Assembly (NCBI RefSeq): GCF_009914755.1 | Contig: NC_060928.1 | Length of the DNA stretch: 64,000 bases | DNA from: the human T2T-CHM13v2.0 reference genome, Homo sapiens | Reading direction: 5' to 3' (one strand) | Part shown: one piece after another, positions 12,993 to 27,617 of the stretch | Layout of the letters: the number at the start of each line of letters is the position of its first letter | How positions within the stretch are numbered: position 1 is the first letter of the stretch | Program-made: the position numbers and the translations under genes | Notes under the pieces: model-generated | Database searches by the model: none | The model's input: only the letters and a program-made list of their open reading frames with translations | What the model was told of the DNA's origin: nothing

Positions 12993-14199
12993 GTGTATAT
13001 ATAATATATTTAGTAGTTGCAGTGGGAGCATTGTCTGGCATGAAACCTACTGTTAATATTATGTTACTACTATATTATTTCACAGTTGGAACTAGAAGTC
13101 TCTACAGTTCACCATTTGAGAAAAGAAAGGGGCTATGCTTCTTATAATTCTATAAAAGGTTTTCTTGGTTTTCCCATATGTATAATGTAATGGGTAGGGT
13201 TACTGTGCATGTGTGCTTGTGCTAGTATTGTACATGTATGTGCAGTTTTTTCCCCACTCTTTCTTACTTTGGAGAACAAAATCTTAAATTTCTTTGCTGA
13301 TTTTTTTTAGTTCTTATCAATAATTATAAAGCCTGGCACTCTGTAAAGCTCTTCTTTAGCCCTGTAGAAGTTCCCTTTGTAAGTCTTGTACATCATAAGC
13401 AGCATATGGCTGTGTCACATGAGATTGATGTGCTCTGCTCCTTATTACAGTACAAATGACAGTAAGTGTAAAATTATGGTGCTTGGTTTTAATGAGAACA
13501 ACCTGCCTGGATATATGGCAAATACTGAACAGCTTTTCCAGTGTGAGGATCCTGTAAACTATGCAGCATCAATATCACAAAACACATACTTTATTACTAT
13601 TATCTCTGCATATGCTTTTAGGACACACTTTATTCAGTGGTCTTCTTACTAGATATATTCTTGGAAACTAAATTTGCTTGCTAAAGGTCAATTAATGAAC
13701 CAGGCCTTGGAAATCAGTGGCATAACTTTCAACAATTTCCAGCAGTTATGCTAATTGAAATCTCTCGAGGCTTTTGGTTTGACAATGGAGGTTAAGCAGC
13801 TCTGTTTAATTACAGAAGCCAGACGCACATAAATTCAAATGAACCACTAAGGCCACACCTTAAGAACAGAGTATTGCTCATTAATTACACACAATGAAAC
13901 ACATGTTGTTTCAATTTTTAAGATGTTCAATTGCATTTCTTTTTTTGAGAGAATCACAGAATCAAAGAACAGGAACAAATATCAGGGATTCCCCAAGTAG
14001 AATTCTGTTTACTAGCAGCAACCTACTTGTTCTGCCACTGCAAGCCCAGTGAGATCTTTACTGGTTGTGTCCCCTTTTTTCATTCCTTCCTTCACACCTT
14101 CCTCTACCAACATTTATCACCTTCTACTGTACCCCATATCAATAAATCCTGGCCTCTCCCCTTTTGTTTCCTTCCACCATGTTCTGTGGGAACTCATAT

Positions 14200-14530
14200 T
14201 TAACATTAGCACACTTCTCCTTTTTCCTGGGATACTTCCTCTACCTCTTGATGTTCACTGAACATCAAGCATGCTATGCTTTAGAATGCTTTAGAACTTG
14301 GTCTTTTCTTTTTATTTACATTAATACTAGACTTCTCAAGGCCTTGACATTTGGTATTCCCTCTACTGAGGACTCCTTTCTATATGCTAAGATCCAGGAA
14401 GACAGGGATCATCTACCTTTGAGGGGCGGACACCTCAGATAGATATTTGCCACAGTGCTGAGGATATTGTGCACAGTAGGCTCACTTATTTGTTGAATTA
14501 ACTAGTGAGTGAGTGGGTGAATGAATACAT
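14200..14530 (+). mobile_element. L2 3'-end fragment
   Basis: CACAGTAGGCTCAC.TATTTGTTGAATT...GAGTGAGTGGGTGAATGAAT L2-type tail. Confidence 0.55.
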
Positions 14531-14949
14531 TAATTAAAAGTGTATTCTATATTTACTGTTCATATTTTCTCCCCTTCTTTCAATATGCAAACATTACATA
14601 GTTTGCCTTTCTTTTCCATAGGAATGGATTTTTCAAAAACTTGAAAATGACTTTGAGACCATCACATTTCTAAATACAGGAGTCATTTTTCATAACTCAT
14701 CCTGATAATTTTTCAGCCTTTTTTGTCACCTTCTTCTTTTCTAATCATTATATTCTTCAAAGGAAAAAAAAATGCTTCCATTAATTCCTGTCTTTTATTT
14801 TGTTGGAATAAAGTGATTCCTAAAATTCTTATGACCACATTTTATGCTTTGCTTTGGTGACTTAGCATTATGTTAGCTTGTGTTAATTATAGTTACATAT
14901 ATATTCTTATTTCCCATGTTATATTATAGATTCCATGTGGTTAAAAACT

Positions 14950-15180
14950 GCTACTATTTATGGAACAGTAACAGGCATTATTCTGAGTACTATATACATA
15001 ATAACATAGTCCTTATACCTCTATAAATTAGGTATATTATCATCATTGTTTCCATTTTACAAAGGAGGAAACTGAGACCAAGAAAAATAAGTGCCTAAGG
15101 TCATTCGGTTAGTAAATGGCAGAGCCAGGAGTCCAGCACAAAGTCTGAATTAAAGCTTTATGTGCTATCCTCTACCAGAT
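14950..15180 (-). mobile_element. MIR SINE
   Basis: CCATTTTACAAAGGAGGAAACTGAGAC...CCTAAGGTCA...AGTAAATGGCAGAGCCAGGA core. Confidence 0.75.
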
Positions 15181-17384
15181 GTTAGCCTTTCACAGCATGA
15201 CCTGCACTTTATGTCTCTTTGTATCCTCAGTATCTGGCTTGGCACATGAGATATAATGGGTACTTAATAAAATTTTGGAGGGGAATTAGACTGTATTATT
15301 TATATAGATCCCTTATTTTACCTCTTTGGAAACTGAGGATCACTTAGGCATACTCAGGCAGAATCAGGACTAAAACCAAATCGCTATACTTCTTCGAAGT
15401 TCTTTTCACTGCCTTTAGAGCATTGTAGAAACACAGGATATTAATTTCATAATCAATAACCTTCACTTGATGTGAACCTACTAACAAATCCTTAATATGT
15501 TATAATTCAACCAGGATTTTTTTACAATTTTAATTCTGCTTACATGTGTCTCTGGTTAAATTGGGAGTTGAGGTTTGATTTCTGGTGGAAGTGCCTGGTC
15601 ACAAATTAGCTGAATGACCTGGAACAAGTCTCCTTACCTTTCTGAGTCTAACATGTTATGTGTGTGAATTGGCTTAAAATCTCTAAATTTCTTCCAACTG
15701 AAACCCTTGTGTTTTTTTTCAATTTTGTATTTTTAGTAAGCTAATATGGATTTCTTAATTGAATTATTCATTTAACAAACATTTATTGAATACCTACTGT
15801 GTGCAGGAGATTTTAGACCACTTCCAAAGTTAGGAAGGCAGAGAGGAAAATGAACATATTTATTTCATTAGCAGGCTGCATGCATTTCTCAGAATATCTC
15901 CTGATATTCATTTGAAGAAAATAGAGCCCAATTTGTTGCACCCCTCTGAGACATCTGTGATTCCAGATTCTCCCGGGACTTTAGATATTTATTATATCTA
16001 ATATATCCCTGGACTTTACTTATTTTTCCAAATAGATTCATCCCTTTGTATAATGCAACTCATTTTCTATGATAAGAATTATTTTGTTAAATGTTATGCA
16101 TACAATTGTCTTAATAGTTTATTTATCCCGTGGTGTCATGTAGCTGTGTACTTAAAAATAAGCTGTAGGTGTTGCAGGAAGAAGCCCAGTTGTAAGGAAT
16201 GGGTTTGAAGTGTGTTTCTGCAGAGTTCCAGGTTCCAGACTGCATCTGCAATGTAAGGCTTCTTTAGTAATTTCCATTAGAGAGATGGCTCTTTTATCTG
16301 CCCAGTTTTTGTAGATGTGGGTAATATTGGTTGACTCGTGTCATGTTTCAGAGCAACAACTTTGCCTGCTCTTTAAATTCTCTGACCTCAGTTACGCATG
16401 TATCCTTCTTAATTTAGGCATTAATATTGTTCTTAGAAATAGAGCAGGAATTTATATCCCAGCCTGACCAACTTCAATCCATTAAGCCTTTATTCTAAAT
16501 GTCCATATTCCATTTTAACCCTTAATTCTTCCAATATAAATCTTGTTTTCAATCATTAGCTAAAGTCTCTATTGAAGTCAGCTTTATGAACCTACACTCC
16601 ACTTATTAAGATATAATTTTATATATGAAATATAAACTTTTAAAAAATATTAAAGTATTTATAATAAAATCAATGTTATTTTATTCCAAGTTTTAGCTTG
16701 AATGTTTAAGTACTTGTATATAGAAAATGGTTCAATTTCTCAAAATGGTTTTGGAAGTAATTTTCCCACAGGCATACTTTTTTTGGTATTCATTTTCTGT
16801 TTCAGCATAGAAAGATAAAATGTTCTCATTTATGCACAGATAATTACAATATTCATATAACCTTTTAGAAGTCTTTATTATTATTTTCTTGTCCTTCAAA
16901 GTTTCTGTATTTACTGAATTTTATATCAGCCTAAGCATAGGGAATTCTTCCAGCTTGCACTTAAACTAATTTTTGAAAGAAAGCCGCATAATTTATACCT
17001 TATATTGCATAGTATTTGTAAAACTACATTTATTAAAGCTTTGCAGACAAATGTGTTTAGTGCTTGCTGGCATTTTTTTCATGGTTTGGATCGATTATTC
17101 AGCTCTGATTTATGGTAGCTTTTCCTCTTCACATTCTGTGGATGCTTCTCTACCAGTAACAAGGAAAATTGTGCAACTACAATATTTACTGTGAAAATAT
17201 GATTTCTCAGCCTTTCTTTTATATAACAAATTTAAGGGTCTCTTATTTTCTTTTAAATATTATCTGTTATAATAATTTGTAGCTTCTTATGTATGTACTC
17301 TCTGTGTTCTATCAATAAATATGTAAACAGAACATTTTTTTCTCATTACCTAATTCAGGATGTTCAAAGGAAAACAGTACAGGA

Positions 17385-17525
17385 CAGTGCTTGGATTTGG
17401 GCTATGGAGACAAAATACCTGGGTTCAAATCCTACTTCTACGATTTCCAAACTCTGGTCTTGGGACATGTTAATTAACATCTCTAAGCCTCAGTTTTATC
17501 ATTTGTAAAATGGTATTAATACGCC
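17385..17525 (+). mobile_element. MIR SINE
   Basis: CCTGGGTTCAAATCCTACTTCT...CTCTAAGCCTCAGTTTTATCATTTGTAAAATGG. Confidence 0.8.
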
Positions 17526-17534
17526 TAAGAGTTA

Positions 17535-17720
17535 ACTTCGATTGATCACTTAGCATATGTGCAGAGTTGTTTTAAAAGCTTTTTATTAATTAACACATTG
17601 ACTCCTCACAACAACCTTATGAGGATGTTCAATTATTACATCTATTTTTCAGAAGCAAATTAAAGCACAGAGAGGTTAAGTAGCTTGCTCAAGGTCTCAT
17701 AAGGCAGTTGAGAGGATTAA
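17535..17720 (-). mobile_element. MIR SINE (tail-to-tail with the previous one)
   Basis: CCTCACAACAACCTTATGAGG...GCACAGAGAGGTTAAGTAGCTTGCTCAAGGTC. Confidence 0.8.
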
Positions 17721-19252
17721 AACCTTATAGAGTAACTCACAGTGATCACCAAACCGAAAACACTGAAGAAAAGCATTTTCTCAAAAAGTCAAGAAGATCC
17801 CTTGACCACATTTTCTTGTATTTGCAATAATAGATGAAAGGAGTACAGGTTGTTCTCTTCTCTCGAGATAATTACTTCATTGTTTGGGTTAAAAGTTCTG
17901 GAAATTTGACAGGGACTAGTTGGGCTCATTTTATAGATGAATAAGAGATCTTGCCAGGTTAAATGACTTGGCAAAGCCTTCAGAGAAAAAAAGTGTCAGT
18001 TCAAAGACTTACATCCACATTTTCTATCTTAACTATGGGCCTATTTTCTGTATTGCTCCTCACATGGCTATCAGCTTGTTGTTGGCAATTTATTTTTTAG
18101 TTGGAAAGCTCAAAGGTCAAGGAGGTGTGGCTTGTTTTGTCTATTTGCCACGAAATAGTGAAGACAAACTTCCCTCATGTCAAAGTTACAACTTTTGGCA
18201 AGACAAAAAAAAGTGATTTATGTTTTTATATTGTCCCCTGTAACCACATTTTATATTTGGTTAAAATAATGCAAAATAGTTTCTTTAGTTGCCTTTCTCT
18301 ATTAGGAGGTATGAAAGGTCTATTTTATTAATTTTTCAAATTGTCTAATCAAATTATACAAATTAACCTTTTTATTGTGTAACTGCTGCAGGAAATTTAA
18401 CTACTAGATAATAACTCTCAAACAAAATGTTAGACAAATTAGCTAACAATGATCACATCCAGGATAGGCAAATTTTTCCAAGGGTAAGAAAAAATTCAAG
18501 GATCCGTTTTTTTATTTGTTGTCATTTGCTTTATGGTTGAAGTGAAGACAGCAGTTGTACTTTAAAACTCAAAACAAAACATAACCCAGAAATGTAGATG
18601 TCCTAGGAGTATTCCTATTTACCCAAGTCCAAAGTTGTTACTCAAACTTTAAATATTACAAAGTATCCCCGGAATGTTGAATGTCATGATTAACAGGACA
18701 ACTGATAATTATGTGTAGCATGTATACCCAAGAGTTACCTGAATCTCCAAACAAGCCACACCTTTACCCATTGAGTTGGTGAATTTATTTTAACCTTTCA
18801 CATAAAACCACATTTACATTGAATTGGAAATTTTTCTTTTGTGTTCATTTCTATTCTCTGCTTGAGAGTAATCTTCCCCTTTTCTGCTACTTTCTCAGTG
18901 TGCCAAGATGTAGATACTTATAGTCTCAATGAGATTGTCATGGATACTATAAGGGATGGAGATACTAGGTGAGATTAAAGTAATTCAACCAAAATGGATC
19001 CTTTTCTATTCTACGACAAAATATCAAACTAAATTGCTTGGACTTTGAGGATTTTTATAATGTTTTTCTTTAACTCTTTTGCTTGACATTTAGCATTTTT
19101 ATCCAATATGAAAATATTCGTTTATATTTTTCTGAATATTATAATTGAACATATATTTATCAAACATGTGGGCAAAATGACATACTCTTAGGTGAACTAT
19201 TCGGGCTCTGAAGCCAAACTATCTGTGTTTGCATGTCAGCTTTGTGACTTAC

Positions 19253-19940
19253 TGTTACCGGCGCAAGAGATCAGAGTTACCCTCAGTTACTGGCAGCATA
19301 TGTATGCTGGTCTGTAGCAACTTCAGCCCTTGCCTCCTCGGAAGAAAGAATTCTACTGAGGGGCATAAAGCAGAAAAAGAGACCAAGGCAAGTTTCAGAG
19401 CGGGAGTGGAAGTTTATTTAATAAGACTTTAGAACAAGAAAGAAAGGAAAGTTTACTTGAAAAAAGATCCAAGAGGGCGCCTGAAGGTCAAAGAGAGCAT
19501 TTAACCTTGATCCTAAGGCTTTACAGGCTCACTGCTTTTCCACGGTTCTTCCCTTAGGGTGGGCTTCCCACATGTGCAGTGCCCTCCTTATCCTTGGGAA
19601 CTGAGCATGTGTAGTGTGTTTAGGAAGTTGTATGCGTGCCCATCTGAAGCTTTCTTCCTTCTTTCAGTGGAGTACACCCAGAAGGTCATACTTTGCCATT
19701 TAGTCTCTTAGTGCACATGCCCAGGAAGTTTTTTTCTCCCTGGCATCTGCATTCAATTAACATTTTAATGTTAATAGCTGTGAATTATCAGGAAATGGCC
19801 TCTCCTGGTGCCCTGGGTGGGTTGCCAAATATCATTTTAGAGAGGCAGTGTGATAATTGTCAAAGCATCACCTGATATTCCTAGTGGGTGAGGGGAGAGC
19901 CCTTTCCTGCCCCACTCATGCTGGCCTAACTACTGTAACA
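19253..19940 (-). mobile_element. MER50-family ERV1 solo LTR
   Basis: TG...CA termini (TGTTAC...GTAACA); 4-bp TSD TTAC at 19249-19252 and 19941-19944; minus-strand AATAAA; MER50-like CTTGCCTCCTC.GAAGAAAGAATTC.ACTGAGGGGCATAA. Confidence 0.85.
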
Positions 19941-20004
19941 TTACCACATCGCACTGGACAAATTACTTGCCTTTTCTGTGCCACAGGTCCTTCCTCTGCA
20001 AAAG

Positions 20005-20158
20005 AGCTTGAGAGGATGGATACCCCATTTTCCATTATGTAATTATTATGCATTGCATGCCTATATCAACACATCTCATGTATTCCATAAATATATACAC
20101 CTAATATGTACCCACAAAAATTAAACAGTAAAAAAATTGTAAAAAACAAAACAAAAAA
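20005..20158 (+). mobile_element. Severely 5'-truncated L1MA2/3 3' end
   Basis: GGATGGATACCCCATTTTCCAT...CATTGCATGCCT...ATGTACCCACAAAAATTAAA plus A-rich tail. Confidence 0.8.
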
Positions 20159-20475
20159 GGAGAGTGGATTATATCATATGCTGCAAAAAGTCATGAAGAT
20201 TAGATGAGTCAATATGTGTAAAGTGCTTAGTGTAGTACCTGGCATAAAACAAAGGAAGGTTTTTTTTTTATTAGTATTGCTTTCATTGGCATAAATGACC
20301 ACTGAGGTTGAAATATTTTTTCCTAACCATTTCTATTTCTTATATGAATTTTGCTTATATACTATTTTTATTGGCGTGTTTATCTTTTTCTCATTGATTC
20401 TTCAAAGCTATGTATATATGTGTGTGATTTATTGAATGCCATAAATGTGACAAGTGTTCAAAAGAACTACAGTCA

Positions 20476-21501
20476 GGGAGGAGCCAAGATGGCCGAATAG
20501 AAACAGCTCCAGTCTACAGCTCCCAGCGTGAGCGGTGCAGAAGATGGGTGATTTCTGCATTTCCATCTGAGGTACCGGGTTCATCTCACTGGGGAGTGCC
20601 AGACAGTGGGCGCAGGACAGTGGGTGCAGTGCACCATGTGCGAGCTGAAGCAGGGCAAGGTATTGCCTCACTTGGGAAGCACAAGGGGTCAGGGAGTTCC
20701 CTTTCCTAGTCAAAGAAAGGGGTGACAGATGGCACCTGGAAAATCGGGTCACTCCCACCCTAATACTGCGCTTTTCTAACTGGCTTAAAAAATGGCACAC
20801 CAGGAGATTATATCCCGCCCCTGACTCAGAGGGTCCTACGCCCACCGAGTCTCACTCATTGCTAACACAGCAGTCCATGATCAAACTGCAAGGTGGCAGC
20901 GAGGCTGGGGGAGGGGCACCCGCCATTGCCCAGGCTTGCTTAGGTAAACAAAGCAGCCGGGAAGCTTGAACCGGGTGGAGCCCACCACAGCTCAAGGAGG
21001 CCTGCCTGCCTCTGTAGGCTCCACCTCCGCGGGCAGGGCACAGAAAACAAAAAGACAGCAGTAACCTCTGCAGACTTAAATGTCCCTCTCTGACAGCTTT
21101 GAAGAGAGTAGTGGTTCTCCCAGCATGTGGCTTGAGATCTGAGAATGGGCAGACTGCCTCCTCAAGTGGGTCGCTGACCCCAAGTAGCCTAACTGGGAGG
21201 CACCCCCCAGTAGGGGGCAGACTGACACCTCACATGGCCAGGTACTCCTCTGAGACAAAACTTCCAGAGGAGCAATCAGGCAGCAGCATCTGTGGTTCAT
21301 CAATATCCACTATTCTGCAGCCACTGCTGCTGATACCCAGGAAAACAGGGTGTGGAGTGGACCTCTAGCAAACTCCAACAGACCTGCAGCTGAGGGTCCT
21401 GTCTGTTAGAAGGAAAACTAACAAACAGAAAGGACATCCACACCAAAAACCCATCTGTACATCACCATCATCAAAGATCAAAGGTATATAAAACCACATA
21501 G
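20476..21501 (+). promoter_or_regulatory. L1 5' UTR internal sense promoter and antisense promoter; YY1 site at 20485-20495
   Basis: CAAGATGGCCG YY1 motif intact; the UTR is complete although many CpGs have decayed. Activity is not shown by sequence. Confidence 0.7.
20700..20926 (-). pseudogene. L1 ORF0, truncated by a premature stop
   Basis: ATG at 20926 reads MAGAPPPASLPPCSLIMDCCVSNE* (TGA at 20852-20854, CGA>TGA), then continues in frame DSVGVGPSES...RVGVTRFSRC. Confidence 0.85.
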
Positions 21502-22511
21502 ATGGGAAAAAAACAGCAGAAAAACTGGAAACTCTAAAAATCAGAGTGCCTCTCCTCCTCCAAAGGAACTCAGCTCCTCACCAGCAATGGAACAAAGCTG
21601 CATGGAGAATGACTTTGACGAGTTGAGAGAAGGCTTCAGACAATCAAACTACTCCAAGCTACAGGAGGAAATTCGAACCAATGGCAAAGAAGTTAAAAGC
21701 TTTGAAAAAAATTAGAAGAATGGATAACTAGAATAACTAATGCAGAGAAGTCCTTAGAGGGCATGATGGAGCTGAAAACCAACATGTGAGAGCTACGTGA
21801 TGAATGCAGAAGCCTCAGTAGCCGATGCGATCAACTGGAAGAAAGGGTATCAGTGATGGAAGATGAAATGATGAAATGAAATGAGAAGAGAAGTGTAGAG
21901 AAAAAAGAATAAAAAGAAACGAACAAAGCCTCCAAGAAATATGGGACTATGTGAAAAGACCAAATCTACATCTGATTGGTGTACCTGAAAGTGACGGGGA
22001 GAATGGAACCAAGTTGGAAAACACTCTGCAGGATATTATCCAGGAGAACTTCCCCAATCTAGCAAGGCAGGCCAACATTCACATTCAGGAAATACAGAGA
22101 ACGCCACAAAGATACTTCTCGAGAAGAGCAACTCCAAGACACATAATTGTCAGATTCACCAAAGTTGAAATGAAGGAAAAAATGTTAAGGGCAGCCAGAG
22201 AGAAAGGTCGGGTTACCCACAAAGGCAAGCCCATCAGACTAACAGCTGATCTCTCTGCAGAAACTCTACAAGCCAGAAGAGAGTGGGGACCAATATTCAA
22301 CATTCTTAAAGAAAAGAATTTTCAACCCAGAATCTCATTTCCAGCCAAACTAAGCTTCATAAGTGAAGGAGAAATAAAATACTTTACAGATAAGCAAATG
22401 CTGAGAGATTTTGTCACCACCAGGCCTGCCCTAAAAGAGCTCCTGAAGGAAGCACTAAACATGGAAAGGAACAACCAGTACCAGCCACTGCAAAAACATG
22501 CCAAATTGTAA
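21502..22511 (+). pseudogene. L1 ORF1p (RNA-binding chaperone), disrupted
   Basis: ATG at 21502 is frameshifted within 5 codons, with further indels/stops in the coiled coil; the C-terminal part 21951-22511 is open (KRPNL...REKGRVT...YQPLQKHAKL). Confidence 0.93.
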
Positions 22512-22559
22512 AGACCATCAAGGCTAGGAAGAAACTGCATCAACTATGGAGCAAAATAA

Positions 22560-26401
<3,842 letters not shown>

Positions 26402-26649
26402 ACAATGAGAACACATGGACACAGGAAGGGGAACATCACACACCAGGGACTGTTGTGGGGTGGGGGGAGGAGGGAGGGATAGCATTAGGAGATATACCTA
26501 ATTCTAAATGACGAGTTAATGGGTGCAGTATACCAGCATGGCACATGTATACATATGTAACAAACATGCATGTCATGCACATGTACCCTAAAACTTAAAG
26601 TATAATAATAATAAAATTAAAAAAAAAGAACTACAGTCAAGAAGTATTG

Positions 26650-27000
26650 ACCAAGCATGTGCAATGTCTGAGACACCGTGCAAGGTGCTGTGTAGAATAG
26701 AAAAATGAATGAATGAATGGATGGAATGCTCCCTTTCCTTTGAGGCTTTTAACATAGTAGAAGAAAAAGGATATATAATTACTCTGTTCAACATGCTGTA
26801 ATAGAGTTTTTTCTATTTATGCTTTTGGTATATTGATAAGGGAGAGACTGATTCAGATTGGAAGCATCCCAAAGGCTTTTTTGGAAGAGTGTCACTTAAG
26901 ATTGGATTGAATAATGGGCACAGTTTTGAGAACAGAGATGGGGTAGACCCAGGCATTCTAGTGGGATAGAATAACAGGAGGAAACACAGAAAGGAAATAC
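26650..27000 (-). mobile_element. L2 fragment
   Basis: TATTGACC...AAGGTGCTG...AACATAGTAG...GGAAGAGTGTCACTTAAG.TTGGATTGAA L2-like; flank at 20427-20459 is similar. Confidence 0.45.
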
Positions 27001-27400
27001 AATACTCATTTAAAGATTTATTTTTTGAGTCTTTTATCTGTTTGTGACACTGCTTTTCTACAAGGCAAAGTAAAAACATCACACTCACTGCCCTTTTAGA
27101 GCTTTGAATTATGAGAAAAAAACATGAATTGTATGTGACATAAGACTAATTTAGGAATTTAAGGTAGTGGTGTAAATGATCCATTGAATGCTGTAATTTA
27201 TATATAAAGGCTAAACTAATTATACAGGATTGTCAAAAAAATACAGTAATGACAACTTCTGTCAGTATTGAATGGAAAATGTAGATTGTGGCAATTCCAA
27301 GACATTAAAATTCTTGAGGTGTCACAAATGAGATTGTGCTGCAAATTAACAAGGGCAGATTTGGAAGAAACCAATCTGTGATCCTTGATACATTTGAATA

Positions 27401-27617
27401 AACAGTTTTTTAGCCTGTGCACTACTGACATTTTGGATCAGATAAATCTTTGTGTTGAGGCCTGCCTTGTGCATTCCAGGAAGTTTTGCAGTATCCCTGA
27501 CCTCCACATTCATTAGATGCTAGTAGCACCCCCATCCCCTAGGGATGAATACAAATATCTTTAGACATTGTGAAATGTCCCTTGGGGGACAAAATTGCCC
27601 CAGGTTGAGAAACACTG
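27401..27617 (-). mobile_element. MER20 (hAT-Charlie)
   Basis: CACTACTGACATTTTGGATCAGATAA...TAGATGCTAGTAGCACCCC...AAATGTCCCTTGGGGGACAAAATTGCCCCAGGTTGAGAAACACTG. Confidence 0.85.

Larger units (their letters stand above)
11945..13100 (-). mobile_element. Ancient L1M 5'-region remnant (host of later insertions)
   Basis: GTTGCAGTGGGAG...GGAACTAGAAGTC terminus resembles old L1M 5' ends; heavily diverged. Confidence 0.35.
19190..20250 (+). mobile_element. MIR split into three pieces by MER50 and L1MA insertions
   Basis: Pieces ~19190-19252, ~19945-20004 (GGACAAATTACTT) and ~20160-20250 (GATTAGATGAG...AAAGTGCTTAG..TAGTACCTGGCA) are colinear with MIR. Confidence 0.6.

Noticed and set aside
14600-14705. 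Strong plus-strand acceptor followed by EWIFQKLENDFET...
   Set aside because: No matching donor before the stop and no recognisable protein; similar isolated acceptors at ~16805, ~49719 and ~58247 are also unsupported.
20429-20845. 138-aa minus-strand ORF
   Set aside because: Downstream remnant of L1 ORF0 after a premature stop, starting at GTG; not a separate gene.
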